Made by a program: the position numbers and the translations under genes. From Clostridia bacterium (lineage in GTDB: Bacteria; Bacillota; Clostridia; Oscillospirales; CAG-272), in the NCBI GenBank assembly GCA_017452525.1, contig JAFTMG010000024.1:989-64988 (forward strand): a DNA stretch of 64,000 nucleotides. Direction: 5' to 3'. Position 1 is the first letter of the stretch, and every line of letters starts with the position of its first letter. The notes under the pieces are model-generated. The model was not told the origin of the DNA. It saw only the letters and a program-made list of their open reading frames with translations, and searched no databases. Positions 19,931-29,833 of the stretch are shown here, in pieces.

Positions 19931-19940
19931 AAGTGCTTTG

Positions 19941-19974
19941 AAAAGAAGACCGCCACGCGATATACATGGCGGTC
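19941..19974 (-). terminator. Intrinsic terminator after the GDPD gene
   Basis: GACCGCCA / TGGCGGTC stem followed by TTCTTTT on the minus strand. Confidence 0.6.
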
Positions 19975-19990
19975 GTTCCCTTTCCTTTGA

Positions 19991-20836
19991 TCAGTTTTTG
20001 TAGATCTTGCCTGTCTTGTACAGATAATCACACATCATTCCCGTCCAGTCGGTCTGAATGATGTCATAATTGCGATCCGCGAGAGCACCCCAGCCCTTGG
20101 AGGGCTCCTCCACCAGCGAGGTATCGTCACTCATACCTGCGGCAAGTTGAACCGTATAACGGTAAATGATGGCATTTGCCCACAGCTTCTTGCCTTCCTT
20201 GTGCATCTTTTCGATATACGCCAGCTGTGCGATCTCGGCATCCAACGAGTCAAAAACGACCTCGGCGCCCGCATAATTGATGTTCATGCGTGATAGAATA
20301 TCGTGGCATTCATCCACGTTCTTCAGAATGGGCATATAGGCGATATCGGGAGCGACCTCTTCGATGATATCGAAGAATTTCTGCTTGGGTCCGCTCTTGA
20401 GAATGATCTGCTCCTCCATACCGTGGCGGCGCACTGCCGCAACCGCCTCGGGGAAAAAGTTCCAGCAATGATCCAGATTGATGTAGCAACGCCCCTTGAA
20501 CGCCTCCAGAACCTCGTCCAGCGTATTGATCGGAAACTGTGTTACATCATGGTCCTGATTCACGTAGCGCAAACGGCGGATCTCCTCCGCGGTCATCAGC
20601 TTCAGACTATGCTCAAAATCATTCAGATGGGATTTTTCCTTGCCCTCGTGGAAAATAAAGAGCGTGCCGTCGGCGGCTCTTTCTACGTCCATCTCCAATA
20701 TATCTGCGCCCTGGCGGAGAGCGGTCTCAAAGGCCGTCATCGTATTGCAAGGGATATTACCGCCGCAAGCACCGCGATGTGCCGCTACCAGAATTCGTCC
20801 GGATTCTTCGCTGCGGATCGTATTAAAATCTTTCAT
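19991..20836 (-). CDS. Glycerophosphodiester phosphodiesterase family protein
   Basis: AAHRG, NT..AF..A, EMDV..DG, IQTD. Confidence 0.88.
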   Translation of the reverse strand: MKDFNTIRSEESGRILVAAHRGACGGNIPCNTMTAFETALRQGADILEMDVERAADGTLFIFHEGKEKSHLNDFEHSLKLMTAEEIRRLRYVNQDHDVTQFPINTLDEVLEAFKGRCYINLDHCWNFFPEAVAAVRRHGMEEQIILKSGPKQKFFDIIEEVAPDIAYMPILKNVDECHDILSRMNINYAGAEVVFDSLDAEIAQLAYIEKMHKEGKKLWANAIIYRYTVQLAAGMSDDTSLVEEPSKGWGALADRNYDIIQTDWTGMMCDYLYKTGKIYKN

Positions 20837-20873
20837 GGACAAAAACCTTGCCTTTCCTTAAATTTGATACCCT

Positions 20874-20980
20874 ATTATACCGCGAAACGAAGGGGGATGT
20901 CAACGGGGTTTTCAAAAATCGACAAGAAATATCTGATCCCGTAACTTTGATTTGACATTGTCGCCGATGGATGTTATAAT
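20874..20980. promoter_or_regulatory. Divergent sigma-A promoters (GDPD / M42 peptidase)
   Basis: Minus strand TTGACA-18-TATAAT at 20874-20903; plus strand TTGACA-17-TATAAT at 20952-20980. Confidence 0.75.
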
Positions 20981-21013
20981 AGATACCGTAATCTTTTTCA
21001 AAGGAGCTTTCGT

Positions 21014-22051
21014 ATGAACAAGGAATATGCAAAATATTCGGCGCAGAAAGCGCTGGAATTGATCGCGATAGACAGCCCCAGCGGCTTTACCGATCGCGCG
21101 GCGGAATGGGTCTGCCACGCTTTTTCCGAGCTGGGCATGACCGCCGCGATCACCACCAAGGGCGGCGTTCTGATCGACCTCGGCGGAAAGGATGACAGCG
21201 ATGCCCTGCTTTTGGAGGCACACGCCGACACACTTGGTGCTATGGTCGCCGAGATCAAGGGCAATGGCAGACTTCGGGTAACCAATCTCGGCGGCATGCG
21301 TGCGGAAAACGCCGAAACGGAAAACGTCCGTGTCTATACCCGCAGCGGCAGGGTGATCGAAGGAACGCTACAGTTGTGTAACGCTTCGGTACACGTCAAC
21401 GGCAGCTACGGAAGCACCTCCCGCAACTTCGACACCACCGAGATCCTTCTGGATGAGGACGTGCGATCCGCCGCAGATAGCCGTGCGCTCGGCATTGAGG
21501 TCGGTGATATCGTGTGCTTCGATCCCCGCTCGAAGATCACCGAGTCGGGATATATCAAGAGCCGTTTTCTCGACGACAAGCTCTCCGTCGGCATCCTGCT
21601 CGGACTTGCAAAATATATGAAGGATAACGGCATATCTCCCAAAAGACACGTTTGGGCGCATGTCACCTGCTATGAAGAGGTGGGACACGGCGGATCCGCC
21701 TCCGTTCCCTGCGGTGTGACCGAAGCGATCAGCGTGGATATGGGATGCGTTGGCAACGGTGTCCAATGCACTGAGCGGCAGGTTTCGATCTGCGCCAAGG
21801 ATTCCGGCGGACCCTACAGCTATACGGTGGTCGGCAAGCTGATCGATGCCGCCAAGCGCGAGGGCGCGGACTACGCTGTGGACGTCTATCCCCATTACGG
21901 CTCCGACGTGGAGGCTACCCTCCGCGCAGGCTACGACATCCGCCACGGTCTGATCGGTGCCGGCGTGTATGCAAGTCACGGCTATGAGCGAAGCCATATC
22001 GACGGTGTTTTCAACACGTTGAAGGTGCTGAAGGGCTATCTGGAGATCTGA
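21014..22051 (+). CDS. M42-family metallopeptidase
   Basis: SPSG, AHADT, LDDK, EEVG, DMG, SH.YER metal-binding motifs. Confidence 0.92.
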   Translation: MNKEYAKYSAQKALELIAIDSPSGFTDRAAEWVCHAFSELGMTAAITTKGGVLIDLGGKDDSDALLLEAHADTLGAMVAEIKGNGRLRVTNLGGMRAENAETENVRVYTRSGRVIEGTLQLCNASVHVNGSYGSTSRNFDTTEILLDEDVRSAADSRALGIEVGDIVCFDPRSKITESGYIKSRFLDDKLSVGILLGLAKYMKDNGISPKRHVWAHVTCYEEVGHGGSASVPCGVTEAISVDMGCVGNGVQCTERQVSICAKDSGGPYSYTVVGKLIDAAKREGADYAVDVYPHYGSDVEATLRAGYDIRHGLIGAGVYASHGYERSHIDGVFNTLKVLKGYLEI

Positions 22052-22057
22052 CAAATG

Positions 22058-22100
22058 AAGACAGGACGGTCTTGCTTTTGTGACCGTCCTGCCTTTTGTT
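22058..22100 (+). terminator. Intrinsic terminator
   Basis: CAGGACGGTC / GACCGTCCTG followed by CCTTTTGTT. Confidence 0.7.
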
Positions 22101-22163
22101 AAAGACACACAAGAGCATTCCTGAAAAATTGTGAAAAAAGCAAAAAATAATTTCAAAAAGCTC

Positions 22164-22192
22164 TTGACAAAACAAGACCTCTCTGTTATAAT
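22164..22192 (+). promoter_or_regulatory. sigma-A promoter of ylxM-ffh
   Basis: Perfect TTGACA-17-TATAAT with TG extension. Confidence 0.8.
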
Positions 22193-22231
22193 GTGTAAAG
22201 TAATTTGCTTTACACCACTTTGGGAGCATTT

Positions 22232-22567
22232 ATGTTTGAAAAAGATTGGAACATCAGCTATCTGCTTGACTTTTACGGAGAGATCCTCCCCGAAAAGAAG
22301 CGCGGCGTGATGGAAATGTATTATAACGAGGACCTCTCTCTGGCAGAGATCGCCGAGCAGATCGGCATCTCAAGACAAGGGGTTCGTGACATGATCAAAA
22401 AAACGGAAGAAGAGCTGTTCTTTTGGGAAGAAAAATTGGGGCTTGCCAGGCGGGATCTCCAATTGCGCGGACGGGCGGATCGCGTTCTTTCCCTGCTCGA
22501 TCACGAGCAAGATCTCTCCGCAGAGCTGGCAAGTGAGATCCGCTCTCTTCTGGCGGAAATCCGCTGA
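22232..22567 (+). CDS. ylxM: YlxM-family HTH protein
   Basis: LLDFYG.IL..K...YYNEDLSL.EIA..ISRQGV.D.IK; directly upstream of ffh. Confidence 0.92.
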   Translation: MFEKDWNISYLLDFYGEILPEKKRGVMEMYYNEDLSLAEIAEQIGISRQGVRDMIKKTEEELFFWEEKLGLARRDLQLRGRADRVLSLLDHEQDLSAELASEIRSLLAEIR

Positions 22568-22595
22568 CAACCCACGAAAGGAAGGTGAGTAGTCA

Positions 22596-23936
22596 ATGCC
22601 ATTTCAAAGTCTGAGTGAAAAACTGAACAACGCATTTAAGAAATTCAAAAATAAAGGTAAGCTGACTGAGGCGGACGTCAAAGCGGGCATGCGAGAGATC
22701 AAGCTCGCGTTGCTGGAGGCAGACGTAAACTTCAAGGTCGTAAAGGACTTTATCAAGGTCGTTTCCGAGCGTGCTGTCGGAAGCGAGGTACTTGAGTCCC
22801 TGCTCCCTGCCCAGCAGATCGTTAAGATCGTCAACGAGGAGCTGACGGCACTGATGGGCGGCACGCAAAGCAAGCTGACCATCTCTTCCAAGCCCCCCAC
22901 AGTAGTCATGATGGTCGGTCTTCAGGGTGCCGGTAAAACGACCCACGCCGGCAAGCTGGCAGGTCTTTACAAAAAGCAAGGCAAGCATCCTTTGCTGGTT
23001 GCCTGCGATATATACCGTCCCGCAGCGATCAAGCAACTGCAGATTGTCGGCGAGCAATTGGGAATTCCCGTCTTCACCATGGGCGATCAGACCTCCCCGG
23101 TCACCATCGCGCAGGAGGGTGTGAAGCACGCCATTGCCAAGGGATACGATATGGTCTTCATTGATACCGCAGGTCGTCTGCATATCGATGAGGAGCTGAT
23201 GAACGAGTTGAAATCGATCAAAGTATCCGTGGAACCGACAGAGATCCTGCTCACCATCGATGCCATGATCGGTCAGGACGCAGTCAATGTTGCGTCCACC
23301 TTCAACGAGCTGCTCGACATCACCGGTGTCATTCTGACCAAGCTGGACGGCGACACCCGCGGCGGTGCGGCGCTCTCCGTTAGACACGTTACCGGCAAGC
23401 CCATCAAATTTATCGGTACCGGCGAAAAGCTGGATACCATTGAGCCCTTCCACCCCGACCGTATGGCATCTCGAATCCTCGGCATGGGCGACGTTCTCTC
23501 CCTGATTGAGAAAGCGGAACAGGCATACGACGAGAAAAAGGCGGCTGAGCTGGAAAAGAAGCTTCGCCAGGCAACCTTCACGTTGGACGATTATCTGGAA
23601 CAGTTCGGCCAGATCCGCAACATGGGAAGTATGGATCAGATCCTCGGTATGATGCCCGGTGTCAAGCCAGGCGCATTGAAGGATGCCCAGCTGGATGAAA
23701 AGGCGATAGACCATCAGGAAGCCATCATCCGCTCCATGACCCCAGCGGAACGCGAAAATCCGGATATTATCAGCGCCTCCCGCAAAAAGCGAATCGCGAT
23801 GGGCAGCGGTACTTCTGTGGAAGAAGTCAACAAATTGCTTCGTAGCTTCGATCAGATCAAAAAAATGATGAAGCAGTTCTCCGATCCCAAAAAGATGCGC
23901 GGATTCGGAAAAGGTAAGATGAAAATTCCGTTTTAA
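22596..23936 (+). CDS. ffh: Signal recognition particle protein
   Basis: ALLEADV, GLQGAGKTT, DTAGR, TKLDGDTRGG, Met-rich M domain. Confidence 0.98.
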   Translation: MPFQSLSEKLNNAFKKFKNKGKLTEADVKAGMREIKLALLEADVNFKVVKDFIKVVSERAVGSEVLESLLPAQQIVKIVNEELTALMGGTQSKLTISSKPPTVVMMVGLQGAGKTTHAGKLAGLYKKQGKHPLLVACDIYRPAAIKQLQIVGEQLGIPVFTMGDQTSPVTIAQEGVKHAIAKGYDMVFIDTAGRLHIDEELMNELKSIKVSVEPTEILLTIDAMIGQDAVNVASTFNELLDITGVILTKLDGDTRGGAALSVRHVTGKPIKFIGTGEKLDTIEPFHPDRMASRILGMGDVLSLIEKAEQAYDEKKAAELEKKLRQATFTLDDYLEQFGQIRNMGSMDQILGMMPGVKPGALKDAQLDEKAIDHQEAIIRSMTPAERENPDIISASRKKRIAMGSGTSVEEVNKLLRSFDQIKKMMKQFSDPKKMRGFGKGKMKIPF

Positions 23937-23998
23937 ATCATAACTTGCGGATTTTTATAAAAAATATTTTATTTTCATATCTTGGAGGATAATGAACA

Positions 23999-24235
23999 AT
24001 GGTTAAGATCAGACTTAAGAGACTTGGCTCCAACAAGAGCCCCTTCTACCGTGTTGTTGTTGCTGACGGTCGCTACCCCCGCAACGGTCGTTTCATCGAG
24101 GAGATCGGTTACTTCAATCCCCTTTCCGAGGAAGTAAAGATCGACGCTGAAGCAGCTAAGAAGTGGATCGCTAACGGCGCACAGCCCACTGATACCGTAA
24201 AGGCTCTGCTGAAGAAGACCGGTGCCGTTGACTAA
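23999..24235 (+). CDS. rpsP: 30S ribosomal protein S16
   Basis: [31 protein letters not shown]. Confidence 0.98.
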   Translation: MVKIRLKRLGSNKSPFYRVVVADGRYPRNGRFIEEIGYFNPLSEEVKIDAEAAKKWIANGAQPTDTVKALLKKTGAVD

Positions 24236-24259
24236 GCCGTTTCGGTTCGGGAGAGACAC

Positions 24260-24496
24260 ATGGTTAATTTGAAAGAGACCTTGATTGAGCTCGCTCAGGC
24301 GATTGTTGACAGTCCCGATGAAGTAACCGTGCTGGAGTCCGAGGAGAATGGCACCGTCAATCTCACGCTCAGCGTTGCTCAGGACGACATGGGTATGGTC
24401 ATTGGCAAGCATGGCAAGATCGCCAAAGCGATCCGTACCGTCATGAAAGCCGCCGCCGGTACCTGCGGAAAGAAAGTCAATGTCGAAATCAAGTAA
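24260..24496 (+). CDS. khpA: KH-domain RNA-binding protein
   Basis: DMG.VIGKHG.IAKAIRTV; follows rpsP. Confidence 0.92.
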   Translation: MVNLKETLIELAQAIVDSPDEVTVLESEENGTVNLTLSVAQDDMGMVIGKHGKIAKAIRTVMKAAAGTCGKKVNVEIK

Positions 24497-24538
24497 TGAA
24501 AAAACGGGTTGATTCATCAGAATCAGCCCGTTTTTTCA
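24497..24538 (+). terminator. Intrinsic terminator after khpA
   Basis: TGAAAAAACGGGTTGATTC / GAATCAGCCCGTTTTTTCA. Confidence 0.8.
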
Positions 24539-24629
24539 CTTTATTTTCATTTCATACTTGACCTTCTGTGCTGTTTGCGATACAATAAGAATATACTTAC
24601 GCTTACCGTGTCAGAAAGGATGTATTGAT

Positions 24630-26123
24630 ATGGCTCGTTATTTGATGGCTTTGGATCAGGGGACCACAAGTTCCCGTTGTATTTTGTTTGATCTCTCAGG
24701 CAATATTTGCAGTATGGTCGCCAAGGAATTTCCGCAGATATTCCCCAAGGAAGGTTGGGTCGAGCACGATGCCTGCCAAATCTGGGAAACTCAGCTGGAG
24801 GTTGCACAAAAAGCGCTTGAAAAGATCGGTGCTACTGCTGCCGATGTGGCAGCGATCGGTATTACCAATCAGCGAGAAACCACCGTTGTCTGGGATAAGG
24901 CTACGGGCAAACCCATCGCCAACGCGATTGTCTGGCAGTGCCGCAGAACAGCGGAGGAATGTGACAAGCTGAAGGAGAGAGGCTATACCGACGTGGTTCG
25001 TCAAAAGACGGGACTTCTGATCGATTCCTACTTCTCTGCCACCAAGCTTCAATGGCTCCTCGATCACGTGGATGGCGCGCGCCAAAAGGCAGAGCGCGGC
25101 GAGCTTCTCTTCGGCACCATCGATTGCTGGCTGATCTGGAATCTGACGGGCGGTAAGGTCCACGCCACCGACGTGTCGAATGCGGCTCGCACGATGCTCT
25201 ATAATATCAACACGTTGGAATGGGATAGCGAGCTGCTTGAACTGTTCGATATTCCCGCCTGCATGATGCCCGAGGTCGTTCCCTCAAGCGGCGTGCTCGG
25301 TTATTCGGAAAAAGCACTCTTCGGCTCCACAATCCCGATCGCAGGTGTAGCGGGAGATCAGCAGGCCGCGCTGTTCGGTCAATGTTGCTATCACAAGGGA
25401 GACGCAAAAAATACATACGGCACAGGTGGATTCCTTCTGATGAACACCGGCGAGACACCTGTATTCTCGGAAAACGGTCTTGTCACCACTATTGCATGGA
25501 AAATCGGAGACAAAGTCAACTATGCGTTGGAAGGCTCTGTATTTGTATGCGGTGCCGCGGTACAGTGGCTGAGAGACGGACTGCAGCTGTTTGCCAACGC
25601 AGCCGACTCGGAAGCCATGGCAGCCGCCGTTCCGGATAACGGCGGTGTGTATATGGTTCCTGCCTTTGTCGGTCTTGGCGCCCCCTATTGGGATCCTTAC
25701 GCGCGCGGTGCCATTCTCGGTCTGACCCGCGGTACGACCCGAAACCACCTTGTTCGCGCGGTGCTGGAATCCATGGCTTTCCAGACGCATGACGTTCTGT
25801 CCATCATGCAAAAAGAAGTCGGTGCCGACATGACAGCACTGCAGGTCGATGGCGGCGCAACCGCTAACAATCTGCTTCTCCAGTTCCAAGCGGATATTCT
25901 CGGTCTGCCTATTCTCCGCCCCTCCTGCATTGAAACCACGGCGCTCGGCGCGGCAAATCTGGCAGGTCTTGCCGTCGGTTGCTTTGCTTCCATGGAGGAT
26001 ATTGCCAAGCACCGTCACATGGATCGCACCTTCACGCCGGATATGGCAGAAGAAACCAGGGCGAGCAAGCTAAACGGCTGGCATCGCGCAGTAGGTCGCT
26101 CTTTGGATTGGATAGAACACTAA
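24630..26123 (+). CDS. glpK: Glycerol kinase
   Basis: [42 protein letters not shown]; promoter TTGACC-17-TACAAT at 24558-24586. Confidence 0.97.
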   Translation: MARYLMALDQGTTSSRCILFDLSGNICSMVAKEFPQIFPKEGWVEHDACQIWETQLEVAQKALEKIGATAADVAAIGITNQRETTVVWDKATGKPIANAIVWQCRRTAEECDKLKERGYTDVVRQKTGLLIDSYFSATKLQWLLDHVDGARQKAERGELLFGTIDCWLIWNLTGGKVHATDVSNAARTMLYNINTLEWDSELLELFDIPACMMPEVVPSSGVLGYSEKALFGSTIPIAGVAGDQQAALFGQCCYHKGDAKNTYGTGGFLLMNTGETPVFSENGLVTTIAWKIGDKVNYALEGSVFVCGAAVQWLRDGLQLFANAADSEAMAAAVPDNGGVYMVPAFVGLGAPYWDPYARGAILGLTRGTTRNHLVRAVLESMAFQTHDVLSIMQKEVGADMTALQVDGGATANNLLLQFQADILGLPILRPSCIETTALGAANLAGLAVGCFASMEDIAKHRHMDRTFTPDMAEETRASKLNGWHRAVGRSLDWIEH

Positions 26124-26130
26124 GCACACA

Positions 26131-26166
26131 AAAAATCGGTCTTCCAACTGTGGAAGACCGATTTTT
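26131..26166. terminator. Bidirectional terminator
   Basis: AAAAATCGGTCTTCCA / TGGAAGACCGATTTTT. Confidence 0.8.
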
Positions 26167-26239
26167 AATATATGGAACCGATTCGGGCAATGAATCACAC
26201 GCTTTGATGAAATCCAAAGCGGATGATGACCGCACCCGC

Positions 26240-27910
26240 TCATTTCCTCGTTTGATCCGGTTGGAACGGCTTGAGCTTCATGATCTGATCACCCAACAAA
26301 CTGCACAGCGTTTTCTTTGTCTCGTCCAGATCATAGGTCGCAAAGTGCAGATCAACCATATCCCCCACATGCATACCTGCATGACCTCCGTGAGACTTGT
26401 GTCCCTCCGGATGACGAACCGCCATGACAACACACTCCGGTGGCCAGAAAATGTCTCTCGTCTGCTTGCCAACCGCAAAACTGCCGGATTGAACCATCAT
26501 AGAAGTTTCGTATTCTTGGCGTTCTTTCCCCTCATGCTCCTGCTCAATTCTCGCCTCGTAGACAAATTCCATCACAGGCTCGGCGCCAAGCAGCTCCACG
26601 ACCAGATAAGCGATTGCCACAGCAAGAACGACAAACGGAATATTGCCAAGTCCGGAAAGGACCTCTACCGCGAACACGATCGCAGTGATCGGCGTACGCA
26701 TGGAGGCACCTTTGTAGGACGCCATACCGATCACGATCAGAATGGGCGCATATTCTGCCGGCAGTACGCCGAGAGAGATCAGGATCTGCGCACAGATCGA
26801 GCCAAGCATCGCGCCAAATACCAGCGTGGGAACAAACAAGCCACCGGTTGCGCCGACACTGTTGGAAAAGATCACGAGGATCGAACGCACAAACAGATAT
26901 AACAACAAGAAAGTCCACACATGCTCGTTATGAACGATCTCATGCAGCAGATTATGACCATCGTTAATGAAGTTTCCGGAGATCAGACCGCACAGGGCAA
27001 CGATCAGAAAAACTGCCAACAAACGAAATACGAAATGAACCCGTTCACGGATCTTTAAAACAACATGTCTGACTTTTTCATATGTCTTCGAAAACAGTGC
27101 CGCAAAGAAAGCGCATACGATTGCCACAAGGATCACTGCCCAGATGTCCCGCAGACGGAGCGTATGCTCCAGTGCCACGGTAATGATCGTCAACTCTACA
27201 CGGAATATGTGACATAGGCACCTGGAAGTCAATATCGCCGCCGAGGTACTGATGGTTGCAACCATGATCACCATGGGCGTAAAACGGCGATGTGCCTCCT
27301 CCAGCGCAAAGAAAATACCGGAAAGAGGGGCTCCCGTTGTCACGGCAAATCCGGCGCAAGCACCGCCGGTCATTACATACCGTTCCCATGCGCGATGCTT
27401 CTTGGTAAACAGGCTCACCGTCCCCTTACCCACGGCGGCACCCATCTGAACACAGGGGGCCTCATTGCCGAGGGGTAAGCCCACCAGATAGGTGATCATC
27501 GAGGAAATATAGACGAAAACAATATTGGGGATCCACTTAAACGCAATATGTCCTCGCAGATGTGCGACCGCAATCGGAAGACTGCCGCCTCTTGCACTGG
27601 GAAAAAGCTTCAGCATCAAGCCTGCCAACAATCCCAAAAGCACCACCGCTAGCAGAAGCGCGGGAATCCAGATCGGATTTTCACGTACAAAATGATAGAT
27701 TTCCACAGAATGGTGAATGACCTGCGTGGAGAGCAAATTAAAGCTGAATATCAGAACACCGGTAAAAATACCGGTCAAGGTCGAAAACAGAAGGCAAGGA
27801 AAAAGAATATTTTCTATAAACGTTCTTCGTTCCTTTATGTGGTCTGAAAAATTATTCGGCTTATGTCGCGAGCGCAAAAGATGCATTGAAAATTCCTCAA
27901 GCTTTCTCAA
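26240..27910 (-). CDS. ClC-family anion channel/transporter with C-terminal TrkA-C-like domain
   Basis: GGSLP, LGNEAP.VQMG, FALEE, GGLFVP motifs; many TM helices; C-terminal 'GKQTRDIFWPPECVVMAV'. Start could be 27886. Confidence 0.85.
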   Translation of the reverse strand: MRKLEEFSMHLLRSRHKPNNFSDHIKERRTFIENILFPCLLFSTLTGIFTGVLIFSFNLLSTQVIHHSVEIYHFVRENPIWIPALLLAVVLLGLLAGLMLKLFPSARGGSLPIAVAHLRGHIAFKWIPNIVFVYISSMITYLVGLPLGNEAPCVQMGAAVGKGTVSLFTKKHRAWERYVMTGGACAGFAVTTGAPLSGIFFALEEAHRRFTPMVIMVATISTSAAILTSRCLCHIFRVELTIITVALEHTLRLRDIWAVILVAIVCAFFAALFSKTYEKVRHVVLKIRERVHFVFRLLAVFLIVALCGLISGNFINDGHNLLHEIVHNEHVWTFLLLYLFVRSILVIFSNSVGATGGLFVPTLVFGAMLGSICAQILISLGVLPAEYAPILIVIGMASYKGASMRTPITAIVFAVEVLSGLGNIPFVVLAVAIAYLVVELLGAEPVMEFVYEARIEQEHEGKERQEYETSMMVQSGSFAVGKQTRDIFWPPECVVMAVRHPEGHKSHGGHAGMHVGDMVDLHFATYDLDETKKTLCSLLGDQIMKLKPFQPDQTRK

Positions 27911-28091
27911 TCAATGTACCTATACATAGTACCACACTTTTCCCGAAAAAGCAAGGAATTTCGCAAAAACTGTTCACCAAAACTGTAAGAAAACCGCATT
28001 TCTGCGCCGATAGGTCTTTACTTTTCTTCAATTTTATGATAGAATAAACATGTATGCTTGAATCGTTTTCCGAAAGGATCAAATACCCTCC

Positions 28092-28565
28092 ATGAATTCA
28101 TTGATTTTCTCCCGGACCACACACAGCGCCAAGGAAACGGAGTCTTTGGGTGCCCTGCTTGCCAAGCAGATGTGCGAAGACGCTGCTCTGCCCCCCTTTA
28201 TCGCCCTATACGGAGATCTCGGCGTTGGAAAAACGGCTTTTGTCCGAGGATTTACTTCCCACATTGCGCCAAGTGCCCTTGTCCGTTCTCCCACCTTTGC
28301 ACTGGTCAACGAATACCGTGCCAAGCCACGCTCGGTATTTCATTTTGATATGTATCGGATCACCGATGAGGACGATCTTTTCTCCATCGGTTACTACGAT
28401 TATCTGAATCGCCCCGGGATCTGTCTGGTGGAATGGAGCGAAAACATCCCCTATGCCCTTCCCGAGTTATATATCCGCTTGACCATTGAAAAAAGCGATC
28501 CGTCACAGCCGGAGTTGCGCACCGTGGTTGCGGAGATCACCGACGAGCTACCCGAAGAGGGATGA
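28092..28565 (+). CDS. tsaE: t6A biosynthesis ATPase
   Basis: GDLGVGKT, SPTF.LVNEY, HFDMYR, VEW. Confidence 0.96.
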   Translation: MNSLIFSRTTHSAKETESLGALLAKQMCEDAALPPFIALYGDLGVGKTAFVRGFTSHIAPSALVRSPTFALVNEYRAKPRSVFHFDMYRITDEDDLFSIGYYDYLNRPGICLVEWSENIPYALPELYIRLTIEKSDPSQPELRTVVAEITDELPEEG

Positions 28566-28579
28566 GGAAAGGAGCTTAT

Positions 28580-29314
28580 ATGAAAATATTGGCTTTGGAC
28601 AGCACCGCAACGACCGCAACTGTCGCGCTGTGCGAAGATGAACGATTGATCGGACTATACACGCTGAACAGCGGCAGTACACAAAGCGAAACGCTTCTCC
28701 CCATGGTGGAGTCCCTGCTGAAGCTGCTCGGGTTGACGGTAGACGATATCGATATGTTTGCCTGCGCCAAGGGGCCCGGCTCGTTTATCGGCGTGCGCAT
28801 CGGCGCGGCAACCGTTAAGGGTCTTGCCTTTGGCACCGACAAGCCCTGTATCGGCGTTTCCACGCTGGAAGCACTTGCCGCCAATCTGATCGGTCTTGTG
28901 GGCGACGATGCGATCCTTTGTCCTGTCATGAATGCCCGCCGCGGTCAGGTCTACAATGCGCTTTTCCGCATGATGGACGGAAAATTGACTCGTATTTGCG
29001 AGGATCGCGCACTCTCCATTCAAGAACTGGAAACAGAATTGATTAAATATCAACTCCCCGTTTATTTGTGCGGTGACGGGTATGACGTCACACTGAAAGG
29101 CATGATACAACTGACCGTCGCGCAGACCCCAGAGCTGATGCGTTATCAAAACGCGTATTCCGTGGCAACGGTAGCTCTTGAGGCTTACCGAAACGGAGAG
29201 CGTACAACCGATGCCGAGCTTACGCCCTCTTACCTCAGACTCCCTCAAGCCGAGCGCGAGCGGAATGAGAGGCTTGCACGAGAAGCGTCAGAATCAAATC
29301 GAAACAAAAATTAA
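28580..29314 (+). CDS. tsaB: t6A biosynthesis subunit
   Basis: ILALDS, GPGSF.G.RIG, ARRGQVY, PSYLR.PQAER. Confidence 0.94.
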   Translation: MKILALDSTATTATVALCEDERLIGLYTLNSGSTQSETLLPMVESLLKLLGLTVDDIDMFACAKGPGSFIGVRIGAATVKGLAFGTDKPCIGVSTLEALAANLIGLVGDDAILCPVMNARRGQVYNALFRMMDGKLTRICEDRALSIQELETELIKYQLPVYLCGDGYDVTLKGMIQLTVAQTPELMRYQNAYSVATVALEAYRNGERTTDAELTPSYLRLPQAERERNERLAREASESNRNKN

Positions 29315-29343
29315 GATCATATACAGAAAGCGAGAACAAGATC

Positions 29344-29796
29344 ATGAAGACAAACAAAGTTATCATCGGATGCGACCACGCGGGATACTATCTGAAGCTT
29401 CAGGTGATCGAACACCTGAAGGAAAAGGGTGTGGAATACGTAGACGTAGGTACCAACTCCGCCGAAAGCTGTCACTACCCCGATTTTGCACACGCCGTCT
29501 GCGTAAAGGTACAGAACGGTGAAGCACCCGTTGGCATCTTGATCTGCGGCACCGGTATCGGCATGTCCATGGCAGCCAACAAGCATCGCGGCATCCGCGC
29601 AGCATGCTGCTCCGACACCTTCTCCGCAAGGCTGACCCGCGAGCATAACGACGCCAACGTTCCCTGCTTCGGCGAGCGCGTCATCGGCGAGGGACTTGCC
29701 ATGGAGCTGGTAGACGCCTTCCTGGATGCGGAATTCATGGGTGGCAAGCATGCGACCAGAGTCGATATGTTCATGGCATACGAGAACGATCGCTGA
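29344..29796 (+). CDS. rpiB: Ribose-5-phosphate isomerase B
   Basis: DHAG, CGTGIGM..AANK, EHNDAN, GG.H..R. Confidence 0.95.
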   Translation: MKTNKVIIGCDHAGYYLKLQVIEHLKEKGVEYVDVGTNSAESCHYPDFAHAVCVKVQNGEAPVGILICGTGIGMSMAANKHRGIRAACCSDTFSARLTREHNDANVPCFGERVIGEGLAMELVDAFLDAEFMGGKHATRVDMFMAYENDR

Positions 29797-29833
29797 TCTT
29801 TAAACCAATCAAATACACAGCGAGGACGAAAGC

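Noticed and set aside
19931-19993. In-frame TGA read-through fusing GDPD to ComEC, with a hairpin after the TGA (SECIS-like)
   Set aside because: The hairpin has a U-tail typical of a terminator, both proteins are complete alone, and an open 60-nt in-frame gap is likely by chance.
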